Source: Nitrospirota bacterium (GTDB lineage Bacteria; Nitrospirota; UBA9217). From it: DNA of 64,000 nucleotides. The notes beneath the pieces were generated by a model. It was not told the DNA's origin. It did not search any database and was given only the letters and a program-made list of their open reading frames with translations. The stretch covers positions 192,001 to 256,000 of the forward strand of contig CAWCKW010000012.1 in NCBI GenBank assembly GCA_963796285.1. The letters run 5' to 3'. This document shows, piece by piece, positions 44,043 to 53,594 of this stretch. Every line of letters begins with the position of its first letter. Within the stretch, counting starts at the first letter, position 1. The position numbers and the translations under genes were made by a program.

Positions 44043-45082
44043 GACCTTATCTTGTGTTCGTATTTTCTGCTTTTTGCGGCAGAGCGCTCGGGCTTCGGAT
44101 CACCTTCTTTATTTTGAGGCACAGGAAATGTTCGGCTACTCATCATCGCTAGGGAAGACGGTGCCATACTCGATCAATCCCCGATCTGAAATGCAGCAGC
44201 CCAGTCTGGGGTTCGATTATCTGCAGCGGATTTCAGGTGAACCAGGGGATGTGGCTATATTTGCTCTCCAGTGTCGTCTTGCTGTGACTCCGGGTTGACC
44301 AGGTTCCGGGCTACAGATCCATCCGCGCTGAGCTTTAAAGGGAGCAAGATGGCTTTAAATGCAATTGCAGATATACAATGCTTATTTAAAAGTGAAGACG
44401 CCGTGGACGTACGTATGGATCGGACACAATCGTCCCGCGTTCGGGCTTTCATCAAATCTCGACAGCCATGGACTGTTGCTTGCGACCCTTGAAATGCGTC
44501 GGTATTTATGACCGGGACTGGGGGGTGGGGGGCATACAAGGATTTTTCCTGGGGCGATATTGCGGCCAGCGTCACCTGCGGGTCGGGGATGCCGATCTAT
44601 CAAAGCGTTCCGGGAACGCCGTTCGATAGCCATTATATGACTGCTGCGCGGGTCTCCTACGGTGTGTTGGAACGGGACAATTTCAATGCCGGATTTTCAC
44701 TGGGCTAAGGCCGGACCCTTCAGACCGTAGGATACACGCTTATGGACATCGAAGCCGCGTTCGATGCGGCTGGCGGGTGCGGACTTGACCATGCTCCCGG
44801 ACAACCTTGAGCACCGATTTGAACTGCTCAGGGAGAGTGGCTGGGGGAGGATGTTCGCGCCGTTCTACCGGTTTGGCGTGAATCTTGACCAGGAAGGACG
44901 GTCCAAGATCGAGACCCAGACGATATACTGGAAATACGCCGGAGAAGAGGATCACCAGACTGCATTGTGTTTTTTCGTTCTGGCTGACTCCGGATCTCAC
45001 GGTGCGGACCGAGTATATTTACGATCACCAAATGAACGACAACAGGTTCCTGCTGCAGATCTATTACTATAGCCCGATATGA
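44035..45082 (+). pseudogene. Probable outer-membrane beta-barrel, broken by frameshifts and a nonsense codon
   Basis: Fragments LYFEAQ, PSLGFDYLQR, QIYNAYLK, WIGHNRPAFGLSS, ARVSYG and C-terminal LLQIYYY across several frames; in-frame TAA at 44706-44708. Confidence 0.6.
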
Positions 45083-45112
45083 ATCGTCATCAGGAAAGGG
45101 AAAAAACTACCG

Positions 45113-45864
45113 ATGAAGACGGATAAACACACTGACGAAAATGCCCGGTCCCGGACGGGCCACTCAATGTTCTTCTGTTGTTCACGGCGGAATATTCGGG
45201 GAGGCGCGGCGCCGGTATCAGAGTGCCGTTACCGCGGGCCTCATCGTCATGCTGTTGAGTTCCGGCCCGGCATTTGGCGCGGTCGGGTGCGATCTCAATG
45301 ATCCCGACCGCGATGTGGCGAGGATCTTCCCGGAATCAACGGGGTATAAGGCGGTTTACCTGTCCGTGCAGCAGCAGGGAGGCGAAAAACTCCTCGCGAC
45401 GATTGAGGCGGAGCTGGGCGACAAGTTTCACGGTCTGTACGAGACGATCGACAATCCCTTATACGATTTACGAAATATATGCGAAAAAAAAGAAGGTCGG
45501 TTATATCCACGGCGTCAACCAGAAAGGACAGTTCGGCGGCATCCAGGTTTTTCTTGCCCTCGACCTCGACGGGGGGATCAAGGCATTCTACATCCAGAAA
45601 ATGACCAGCCAATATGCCGGGAAACTGCGCGCTGCTGAATTCGGGAAGCAATTCATCGGCTTTACGCTCAAAGATTTTGAACAGTATGACGTCGTTTCGG
45701 GAAAGGCGGCAGGCAAGGTCGGGGAGATCAGGAACCCGGCGCCTAAGGCGGAGGCGGATTTCCGGGCGATCCTGCGGGCCACGAAGAAAAACCTCATCCT
45801 GATGAAGGAACTTGTGTATGCGCCGCAATCCCCGTCGTCGAAGAACGGAGCAGCTTCGCAATGA
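45113..45864 (+). CDS. Secreted protein with FMN-binding-like (RnfG/NqrC-type) fold, frameshifted
   Basis: AVGCDLNDPDRDV..IFP, VGYIHGVNQKGQFGGIQVFLALD..G.I...YIQ and F.KQFIG.T. Confidence 0.55.
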
Positions 45865-47053
45865 TCACGAAATTCCAGGTAGCCTATAAAAATCTTCTGC
45901 GGAAAAAGATCCGAAGTCTCCTGACCCTCGTCGGCATCGCTCTTTCCGCCTGGGTGCTGGTGAGCCTTCTCGGGTTCAATCACGGCTTTGAAACCGCGCT
46001 GAACAAGGACATCGACAACATGGGTTTTCAGATGATGGTCATGGCCAAGGGCTGTCCCTACGAGGCCGCGACCATGATGCTGAAGGGCGGCACCGGGCTG
46101 AAATATATGGATCAATCGATCAGGCGATACCATCAGGAAAGAGCCGGGGGTGGAGAAGATCACGCCGATGCTGATGGCGGCCGTATTTGATCCGAACAAG
46201 GGTGAAAGCGGCGGCATCGCCGCATACTTCGGCGTGGAGCCGAAAAGTTTCAGCGAGATGAAGACCTTTCTCAAATTCAGGCAGGGAGGATGGTTTAGCA
46301 AGCTGAACTCCTACGAGGCGGTAATGGGATATGAAGCCGCCGAGCTTGAACAGCGGGAGGTCGGCGACCTGATCCTCATCCCCGAAAAGAACGTCCAGTT
46401 CAAGGTCGTCGGCATCCTGAACGGAACGGGAACCCAGGACGACGGAACGATTTTTGTGCCCCTCGGGACGCTCCAGAAAATATTCGATAGAAGTCGATGA
46501 ATTGACAACGATCGGGGTCAAAGTCAGAAAGGACGCCGACATCGCCCGCATCGAGGAGAAGCTCTATGCGCTGCCGGACGTCCAGGTGGTGAGCCTGTCC
46601 CAGGTGAAGGAGACGATCATGTCGCTTGTTTCCACGGCGAAAGTGCTGGTACTCTCCATTGCGATCATCGCGATCCTGATTGCCATGGTCGGGGTCGTCA
46701 ACACGATCCTGATGTCGGTCCATGAACGGTTCCAGGAGATCGGCATTTTAAAGACCATCGGCGCCATGCCGCTGGGACATATTCCAAATCATCTGGATCG
46801 AGACACTGCTCCTCTGCACACTTGGAGGCATACTCGGCGTATCATGGCGCTGCTCCTCTCGGATAACGGAGCTGGTGATCGCGCACCATCCTGTCTTATT
46901 CGCCTTACGGAGGTCTGGTAATGATGACCATGAAGCTGGTCCTGTTCACGCTGGTGCGATCTGGGTATAGGGATCCTCAGCGGACTCTATCCGGCCTGGA
47001 AAGCGGGCAGAATCAGGCCACTCGAGGCGATACGGAGCGATGTCAACGGATGA
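45861..47053 (+). CDS. MacB/FtsX-family ABC permease, frameshifted
   Basis: KNLLRKKIRSLLTLVGI, NTILMSV.ER..EIGILK.IGA and YPAWKA.RI.P.EAIR. Confidence 0.85.
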
Positions 47054-47814
47054 AACAGGATGATATTTCCATGGAAGCAAATAATTTGACCAAGGTCTAT
47101 ACCATCGCGGAAGCGAGGAGATAACCGCGGTCCATGATGTTTCGCTGAAGATCAACAGGGGGGAATTCGTATCGATCATCGGACCGTCAGGGTCCGGCAA
47201 GACCACTCTGGTCAATTTGCTGGGTTGTCTCGACAACCCGACTCGGGCGAATTGCCCCTCGACGGCAGGAGGATCTTCAGCAGGGAGGCAATAAGCTTTC
47301 GGAGACGCAAGCTGACGGAGATCAGGCGGGAGACGTTTGGATATATTTTCCAGAATTTCTACCTCATTCCGACACTGACCGTGATGGAGAACGTGATGCT
47401 GCCGCTGACCTTTTATCGCAAAGCAGGGCGCCGGGAACGATGTGATGGGACTCTTAAAACTCTTGGGCATCGACCACCGGAAGGACCATCTGCCGGGCCA
47501 GATTTCCGGCGGCGAAATGCAGCGGGTGGCGATTGCGCAGGGCATTGGTGAACAAGCCGGAAATACTGCTGGCCGATGAACCCACGGGAAATCTTGACAC
47601 AAAACGGTCTGCGGAGATCGTATGGATCTTGAGGGAGCTCAGCACAAACGACGGATTGACCATAATCATGGTCACCCATAACCTGAAATTGGCCGGTCAG
47701 GCCGACCGCTTGTTTGAGATGAGAGACGGGTTGATAATTCACGCCCCGACCAACGACGCGGCGACATCCGCGGTCCGCGGCATTGCTTCAAACGATCGAT
47801 CCGGTATATTATGA
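47050..47814 (+). CDS. ABC ATPase (LolD/MacB type), frameshifted
   Basis: [37 protein letters not shown] and VTH. Confidence 0.85.
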
Positions 47815-48755
47815 AAGCACCACAAAAAAGAAAAGTCCGTGCGATCGTTCTCACGCTCGCGGCGACGGCCGTATTTGCGGGATTGGCATCGCTCAACGCC
47901 TGCCGGGTATCTCAATTCGGCTTCTTCAATAAGCTTAACTCCATAACGATCACGCCTGCCAATCCGGTCGTGGCGGGAGGTACCCAATTGCAGTTAAGGG
48001 CCACCGGAGTCTATTTGGATGCCTCCACTCAGGACATGACCACGCTCGTAAGCTGGGCCGCATCGGGACCGATAGTGACTGTCTCCGCAACAGGCCTCGC
48101 AACGGTGGCTCAGGTGACCGCTCCCGATACGTGCACCATCACGGCAACGGAGCCGGGAGGCATTTCTGGCAGCGTGTCTCTGACCATAAAGAACGCACAG
48201 TTGACCGCCATCGACGTATCTCCCGCGAGCGCTGATCTCGACGGCGGGATCATGACCGCTCTCACGGCTATGGGGACGTTCGCAAGCGATGGAGAGACTT
48301 TTCTCCAGGATATAACCGCAATGGCGACCTGGAGCAGCTCCGATGAAGCTGTTGCAACCGTTGATGCAGGCATCGTCACGGGTGTAAACGGCGGGATAAC
48401 CGCTATTACTGCGTCATGGGGGAATATAACATCGAACAATGCCGAAATTACCGTATCGGGCAAATCGCTCGTGTCACTGGATATCAATCCAAAGGATGCC
48501 GTTGTCCAGAGAATGACAGGGATTTTCTTTACGGCCACCGGAACATTCAATGACGGCTCTGTGGTGGATCTTACCCAGTCGGTGACCTGGAGCACCTCGG
48601 ACCCAACGATTGCGAGGATCGGATCGTATAATGCAAATGTGCCGGGGATGACCATAATCACGCTACACATCCCCGGGACGGTAACGATCACAGCAAAGCT
48701 GGGTAATATAACAGCGAGTACAACGTTGACCGCGTCAGCTACGGCACCATATTAG
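47811..48755 (+). CDS. Lipoprotein with three Big_2 Ig-like domains (paralog of 40322-41251)
   Basis: Lipobox LNAC; same three-repeat architecture, including TCTITAT and QDIT..ATWSS. Confidence 0.88.
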   Translation: MKAPQKRKVRAIVLTLAATAVFAGLASLNACRVSQFGFFNKLNSITITPANPVVAGGTQLQLRATGVYLDASTQDMTTLVSWAASGPIVTVSATGLATVAQVTAPDTCTITATEPGGISGSVSLTIKNAQLTAIDVSPASADLDGGIMTALTAMGTFASDGETFLQDITAMATWSSSDEAVATVDAGIVTGVNGGITAITASWGNITSNNAEITVSGKSLVSLDINPKDAVVQRMTGIFFTATGTFNDGSVVDLTQSVTWSTSDPTIARIGSYNANVPGMTIITLHIPGTVTITAKLGNITASTTLTASATAPY

Positions 48756-48805
48756 TCAGCAACACTGCCCCTATGGGGCTATACCAAACCACCGTACGCC
48801 GGTGG

Positions 48806-49000
48806 TCATGACATGAAGAATATCCATACCCCTATTTTGCCGGCGCCGCTGAAATCGATCCAGGGTATTACGTGCATGTCGTTTATCGAGAGATGTCCCA
48901 GAAGAGCCATCAGGACGGCAATCCCCCTCAGGCCATCGAGCGCATCTATCTGTAATAACGGGTCAGAAATCCTAAGTTGGAAGCGATCTGGCTATGTCAT
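48806..49000 (-). pseudogene. N-terminal fragment of an acyltransferase-3 (OafA-like) gene
   Basis: My translation: QIDALDGLRGIAVLMALLGH...SGAGKIGVWIFFMS-stop; not in the ORF track; TAG at codon 3 after ATG 49000. Confidence 0.75.
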
Positions 49001-49170
49001 TTCTGTTTCGAGATGGATTTATTGTCTCCTGACGAGAAGAAAGCGCTGATCTCTGTGAGGCGAAATCGGAATGATCGTTGATATTAACGGTGCATTGGGT
49101 ATAAAACCCATCGGCATGGTCATAGTATACGCCGACATCGACATCGCTAATCAAGAGCTTTTCTCTGATG

Positions 49171-49424
49171 TGTCAACCCAAAATAGAAATGTCCGCTTTT
49201 AGGAAGCAACGGAAAGTTGTTCCTTTGTTCTTCGGTTTGGTTTAAAAGATCTCTTCCAGGGGTGATCTGGTAGTTGTTTCCGTCCTTTCTTTTTCCGAAT
49301 ACATATCGGTGTTTTAGGGTTTTCTTTGGCTGGGCGTGTCGAGATCTCCCGGTATCTTGAGTCCAGGCCCTTGTTGGTTATGTGCAATGAGACAACGATT
49401 CGTTCTTCCACGGCGACCTTTTGG
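49171..49424 (-). mobile_element. ISNCY/IS481-like remnant (one end plus transposase C-terminus)
   Basis: Terminal TGTCAACCCAAAATAGAAATGTCC; V.VEER...SLHI..KG....YREI..RP...DHPWKR tail. Confidence 0.7.
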
Positions 49425-49515
49425 GCTTTTCTCTGATGACGGTAAACGCAAAAACGTCTATCGGCCTTGAGACTTGGTCATGACCGGATAGGCAAACCGT
49501 TTATTCTGTTTATCC

Positions 49516-49543
49516 TTGACGATTATCGCAGAATCAGTATAAT
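49516..49543 (+). promoter_or_regulatory. Sigma70-type promoter of lysS
   Basis: TTGACG-16 nt-TATAAT. Confidence 0.7.
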
Positions 49544-49579
49544 CCGCTGTAGATTATCAATTTATTGAAGGGGATTTTC

Positions 49580-51118
49580 ATGGAAGATTACAACGAACTG
49601 ATCCAGCAGCGGTTTAAGAAGCTTGCCGAGATCAGCGCGATGGGCCATAAACCGTACGCCGGCAGGTTCGATGTTTCGACGTCGTCGCAGGCCCTCCTGG
49701 ATACCTATGGACAATCGACAAAGGAAGAGCTTGAACAAAAAAAGGTCGAAGTTACCGTAGCCGGACGGATCGTGGCCATGCGGAGCTTCGGCAAGGCCGG
49801 TTTCGGCCACATCCAGGACGGCTCGGGAAGGATCCAGGTCTATTTCCAGAAGAACACGCTCGGCGATGACCAATATGCCTTGTTCAAAAAGCTGGACATC
49901 GGTGACTTCATCGGCATGAAGGGTTTTCTGTTCCGTACCAAAACGAATGAGCTCACGATCGACATGGAGGGGTTCACCCTCCTCTCGAAATCACTGCGGC
50001 CCTTGCCCGAGAAATGGCATGGCCTGACGGATGTCGAGATCCGCTACCGTCAGCGGTACGTGGACCTGATCGTCAATCCCGAGGTCAAGAACGTTTTTTT
50101 GCTCCGCACGAAGATCGTCCAGGCAATCAGGGGATTTCTGAACACGCGCGGGTATATCGAAGTCGAGACGCCGATGATGCAGTCCGTTCCCGGAGGCGCC
50201 ACGGCCCGGCCGTTCAAGACGCACCACAACGCCCTGGACATGGACCTTTTCCTCCGCATCGCGCCCGAGCTGTACCTCAAGCGGCTGCTGGTGGGCGGTT
50301 TTGAAAAGGTCTACGAGATCAACCGCAATTTCAGAAATGAAGGCATCTCGACCCGGCATAACCCCGAGTTCACCATGCTCGAGTTCTATACAGCCTACGC
50401 CGATTACCGCGACCTCATGACCATGACCGAGCTGATGATCAGCTCCGTGGCAATGGAGGTCCTCGGCAGGACCGAGGTGGATTACGAGGGACACCGGATC
50501 AATCTTTCGCCGCCGTGGAAGCGTATCACCTACCTCGATTCTCTTCGTGAAGCGGGCGTGCCGGAGGAGGTCCTTGCCGATAGTGTGCAAGCCCGGGAGT
50601 ATGCGAAAAAACTCGGAGCGAACCTGACGGGCGGAGAACCTGTGGGAAAGGTCCTGAATGAGATATTCGAGGCGCTTGTAGAGCCCAAGCTCATTCAACC
50701 CACCTTTATCACCGACTATCCAACGGACATATCTCCGCTCTCAAAGAAATGTGATGACAATCCTGATTACGTGGAGCGGTTCGAGCTGTTCGTTGTGGGA
50801 AGGGAGCTGGCGAATGCCTTCTCCGAGTTGAACGACCCGGTGGACCAGAAAGAGCGGTTCCTTAAGCAGGTTTCGGAGGGCGAGGCAGGGGACGAAGAGG
50901 CCCACAAGATGGACGAAGACTTCATCCGCGCCCTGGAGTACGGGATGCCTCCGGCTGCCGGGGAGGGGATCGGCATCGACCGCCTGGTGATGCTTCTTAC
51001 CGGTTCAAACTCCATCCGGGATGTGATCCTGTTCCCTCAGATGAAAAAGGAAAAATCGAAAAATGCGGTTTCAACCACAGAGGACGCAGAGGTTCAGGTA
51101 TCAGATAGCTCGAATTGA
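49580..51118 (+). CDS. lysS: Lysine-tRNA ligase (class II)
   Basis: RYRQRYVDL, LRIAPELYLKRL, FRNEG, HNPEFT and GIGIDRLVM. Confidence 0.99.
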   Translation: MEDYNELIQQRFKKLAEISAMGHKPYAGRFDVSTSSQALLDTYGQSTKEELEQKKVEVTVAGRIVAMRSFGKAGFGHIQDGSGRIQVYFQKNTLGDDQYALFKKLDIGDFIGMKGFLFRTKTNELTIDMEGFTLLSKSLRPLPEKWHGLTDVEIRYRQRYVDLIVNPEVKNVFLLRTKIVQAIRGFLNTRGYIEVETPMMQSVPGGATARPFKTHHNALDMDLFLRIAPELYLKRLLVGGFEKVYEINRNFRNEGISTRHNPEFTMLEFYTAYADYRDLMTMTELMISSVAMEVLGRTEVDYEGHRINLSPPWKRITYLDSLREAGVPEEVLADSVQAREYAKKLGANLTGGEPVGKVLNEIFEALVEPKLIQPTFITDYPTDISPLSKKCDDNPDYVERFELFVVGRELANAFSELNDPVDQKERFLKQVSEGEAGDEEAHKMDEDFIRALEYGMPPAAGEGIGIDRLVMLLTGSNSIRDVILFPQMKKEKSKNAVSTTEDAEVQVSDSSN

Positions 51119-51167
51119 TTATTACTCAGTACTTCTAACTTGATCTCTGTGGTGAACGATTTAACTC

Positions 51168-52403
51168 ATGAAAATCCCCTACGAAATATTCATCAGTCTC
51201 CGCTACCTGAGGACCAAGAAGCGCTATGGTACTATCTCACTCAACACGTTCATCTCCATCGCCGGGGTGGTGATCGGGGTGGCCACCTCCTTGATCACCC
51301 TTGCGGTCATGACCGGTTTTCAGGGTTATTTCCGCGACAAGATCCTTTCCGCCATGCCGCACATTGTGGTGATGGAGTTCACCGGCACCGGCGTTACAGA
51401 CCAGAAAACCCTTCAGGAAAAGGTCGAACGGGTCAAGCACGTCACGGCCACAACCCCTTTTATCTATGCCCAATCGATGCTGACGACCAAAGATCGCATG
51501 CAGGGGGTGGTTGTGCGGGGTATCGACCCGAAAACCGAGGGAAAGGTGACCGATCTGGCGAAGAACATGACCGTCGGTTCGCTCACGGACCTTGACGATG
51601 CGGAGGGGAAACCGCCCCGGATCATCATCGGCGAAGACCTTGCCAGAAAGCTCGGAGTTTCGGTCGGAGAGACAATTACGATGGTGAACCCGCTCGGCGA
51701 GGAAACGTCCATGGGCGTCATCCCGAAAATGAAAAAATTCGTGGTGGCCGGCCTGTTCGATGCCGGGATGTACGATTATAATACCAGCTTCGTCTACATA
51801 ACGATTCCCGCCGCCCAGAAGTTTTTTGAGATGCCGGGCCGCGTAAGCGGAGTCCAGGTGAGGGTCGATGATATCTATCAGGCCGATACAATCGCTTCGG
51901 CGATCCAGGCGTCCGCAGGATATCCCTTCTACACGCGCAATTGGATGGAGATGAACAAGAACTTCTTTTCAGCCCTGCTGCTCGAAAAGATCGGCATGTC
52001 GCTTATCCTTGTCGTCATCATCATTGTGGCATCGTTCAATATCGTCGGGACCCTCACGATGATCGTCATGGAGAAAAACAGGGAGATCGCCATCCTGAAA
52101 TCCATGGGTTCGCCCGCGCAGAGCATTATGAAGATATTCATGTTCGCGGGCCTTGCCATCGGCTGCGTGGGAACGATCATCGGGGTGGTCATCGGTTACG
52201 GAGCGGTTACGATCATCACCAGGACCAACATCATAACGCTGCCGAAAGACGTGTACCAGGTAAGCCATCTGCCGCTCTCCATTACCGGACTCGATGTGCT
52301 CACGATAGCGCTCACCGCGCTCGGGATCAGTTTTCTCGCCACGCTCTACCCGTCATGGCAGGCGGCAAAACAGGACCCCGTGGAAGTGCTGAGATACGAA
52401 TAA
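51168..52403 (+). CDS. lolE: Lipoprotein-releasing ABC permease LolC/E
   Basis: IAGVVIGV...I...VM.GF, EK.REIAILKSMG and YPSWQAAK.DP.EVLRYE. Confidence 0.9.
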   Translation: MKIPYEIFISLRYLRTKKRYGTISLNTFISIAGVVIGVATSLITLAVMTGFQGYFRDKILSAMPHIVVMEFTGTGVTDQKTLQEKVERVKHVTATTPFIYAQSMLTTKDRMQGVVVRGIDPKTEGKVTDLAKNMTVGSLTDLDDAEGKPPRIIIGEDLARKLGVSVGETITMVNPLGEETSMGVIPKMKKFVVAGLFDAGMYDYNTSFVYITIPAAQKFFEMPGRVSGVQVRVDDIYQADTIASAIQASAGYPFYTRNWMEMNKNFFSALLLEKIGMSLILVVIIIVASFNIVGTLTMIVMEKNREIAILKSMGSPAQSIMKIFMFAGLAIGCVGTIIGVVIGYGAVTIITRTNIITLPKDVYQVSHLPLSITGLDVLTIALTALGISFLATLYPSWQAAKQDPVEVLRYE

Positions 52404-52519
52404 ATACGAAGAGGGAAGAAGGACGAGAGACGGAAAGGCATTGAAGATCGCGTCCATCGTCCCAGTGAGCGACGCAAACGGACATCCCTCGTCTCTCGCG
52501 TAATCACAAGGAGGTCATC

Positions 52520-52759
52520 ATGGCACAAAAGGGAGGAAAAATGAAAAGGTTCATTCTCATCGTGATCTTTCTGGCAGTGTTTTCCGCGGCTTTTATCCTC
52601 TTGGGAGGCGGAAACTTTCTTAAATCCGCCGGTATTTGGATCGGCAGTCTGGGCAGCAAGGCGGAAAACATGAAAGGGAAAATCGAGGAAGGCGCAACGT
52701 CGGTCGAAAAGAAGGCGGGAAAGGTGAAGGAAGCGGTAACGTCGGGAGAAAAGAAATAA
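52520..52759 (+). CDS. Small membrane-anchored Lys/Glu-rich protein
   Basis: RBS AGGAGG before 52520 (and GGAGG before 52541); hydrophobic N-terminus with amphipathic tail. Confidence 0.7.
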   Translation: MAQKGGKMKRFILIVIFLAVFSAAFILLGGGNFLKSAGIWIGSLGSKAENMKGKIEEGATSVEKKAGKVKEAVTSGEKK

Positions 52760-53442
52760 CGCATACACTTATCCATATTGAGCAGCTCCGAAAAACGTTC
52801 ATGAGCGGTCCCGTGGAACTCCCCGTTCTTGACGGCATCGATCTCGACATCCAGGCAGGAGAGATGCTCGCAATTGTCGGAGCATCGGGTGTCGGGAAAA
52901 GCACGTTGCTCCACATCGTGGGCGGTCTCGACCGGCCGACGTCCGGCAAAGTCTATTACGGGGATATCGACGTTTTCGGTCTTGACAACGGCCAGCTGTC
53001 TCGATTTCGCAACGCCCGGGTGGGGTTCGTGTTCCAGTTCCACCATCTGCTCCCTGAGTTTACAGCGCTCGAAAACGTCATGTTGCCCGCGCTCATCCGG
53101 AGGATGGCCCGCGAAGAAGCGGCCGATGCTGCCAGGAGAATATTGACCGATGTCGGGCTCGGAGCGCGGGTCCTTCACCGTCCCGGTGAGCTCTCGGGCG
53201 GAGAACAGCAGCGCGTTGCTGTCGCCCGGGCCCTGATGCTGAAACCGGATGTCGTGCTTGCCGATGAACCGACCGGCAATCTCGATATGCATACCGGCGA
53301 GTCTGTCCATGACCTCCTTCTCGGGATCAATAAACAGCAAGGCATAACCTTCGTGATCGTGACGCATAACGACAAACTTGCGCTCCGTGCGGACCGCGTG
53401 CTCAAGATGACTGAGGGCAAACTCATCCTTGATCATTCATAG
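52759..53442 (+). CDS. lolD: Lipoprotein-releasing ABC ATPase LolD; apparent ACG start
   Basis: GASGVGKST, GFVFQFHHLLPEFTALENV, LSGGEQQR and ADEPTGNLD. Confidence 0.92.
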   Translation, partial: THTLIHIEQLRKTFMSGPVELPVLDGIDLDIQAGEMLAIVGASGVGKSTLLHIVGGLDRPTSGKVYYGDIDVFGLDNGQLSRFRNARVGFVFQFHHLLPEFTALENVMLPALIRRMAREEAADAARRILTDVGLGARVLHRPGELSGGEQQRVAVARALMLKPDVVLADEPTGNLDMHTGESVHDLLLGINKQQGITFVIVTHNDKLALRADRVLKMTEGKLILDHS

Positions 53443-53526
53443 AAGGGTAGTCAGCATTGCCTGCCGGTTGCCCCGATTCCATGACTCTGTGGTACGTTTG
53501 GCTCGTGATCGGACCCAGTTTTTCCC

Positions 53527-53556
53527 TTGACTTTAAGCAGCGGTAAAAAGTATTAT
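53527..53556 (+). promoter_or_regulatory. Sigma70-type promoter of the ccsB-hem operon
   Basis: TTGACT-18 nt-TATTAT. Confidence 0.5.
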
Positions 53557-53594
53557 AAAAAAATATCCATCAGACCATCATTGGGAATGACCTT

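Noticed and set aside
48972-49154. Nucleotidyltransferase-like fragment SDVDVGVYY
   Set aside because: Only a short motif without the upstream GS signature; insufficient support.
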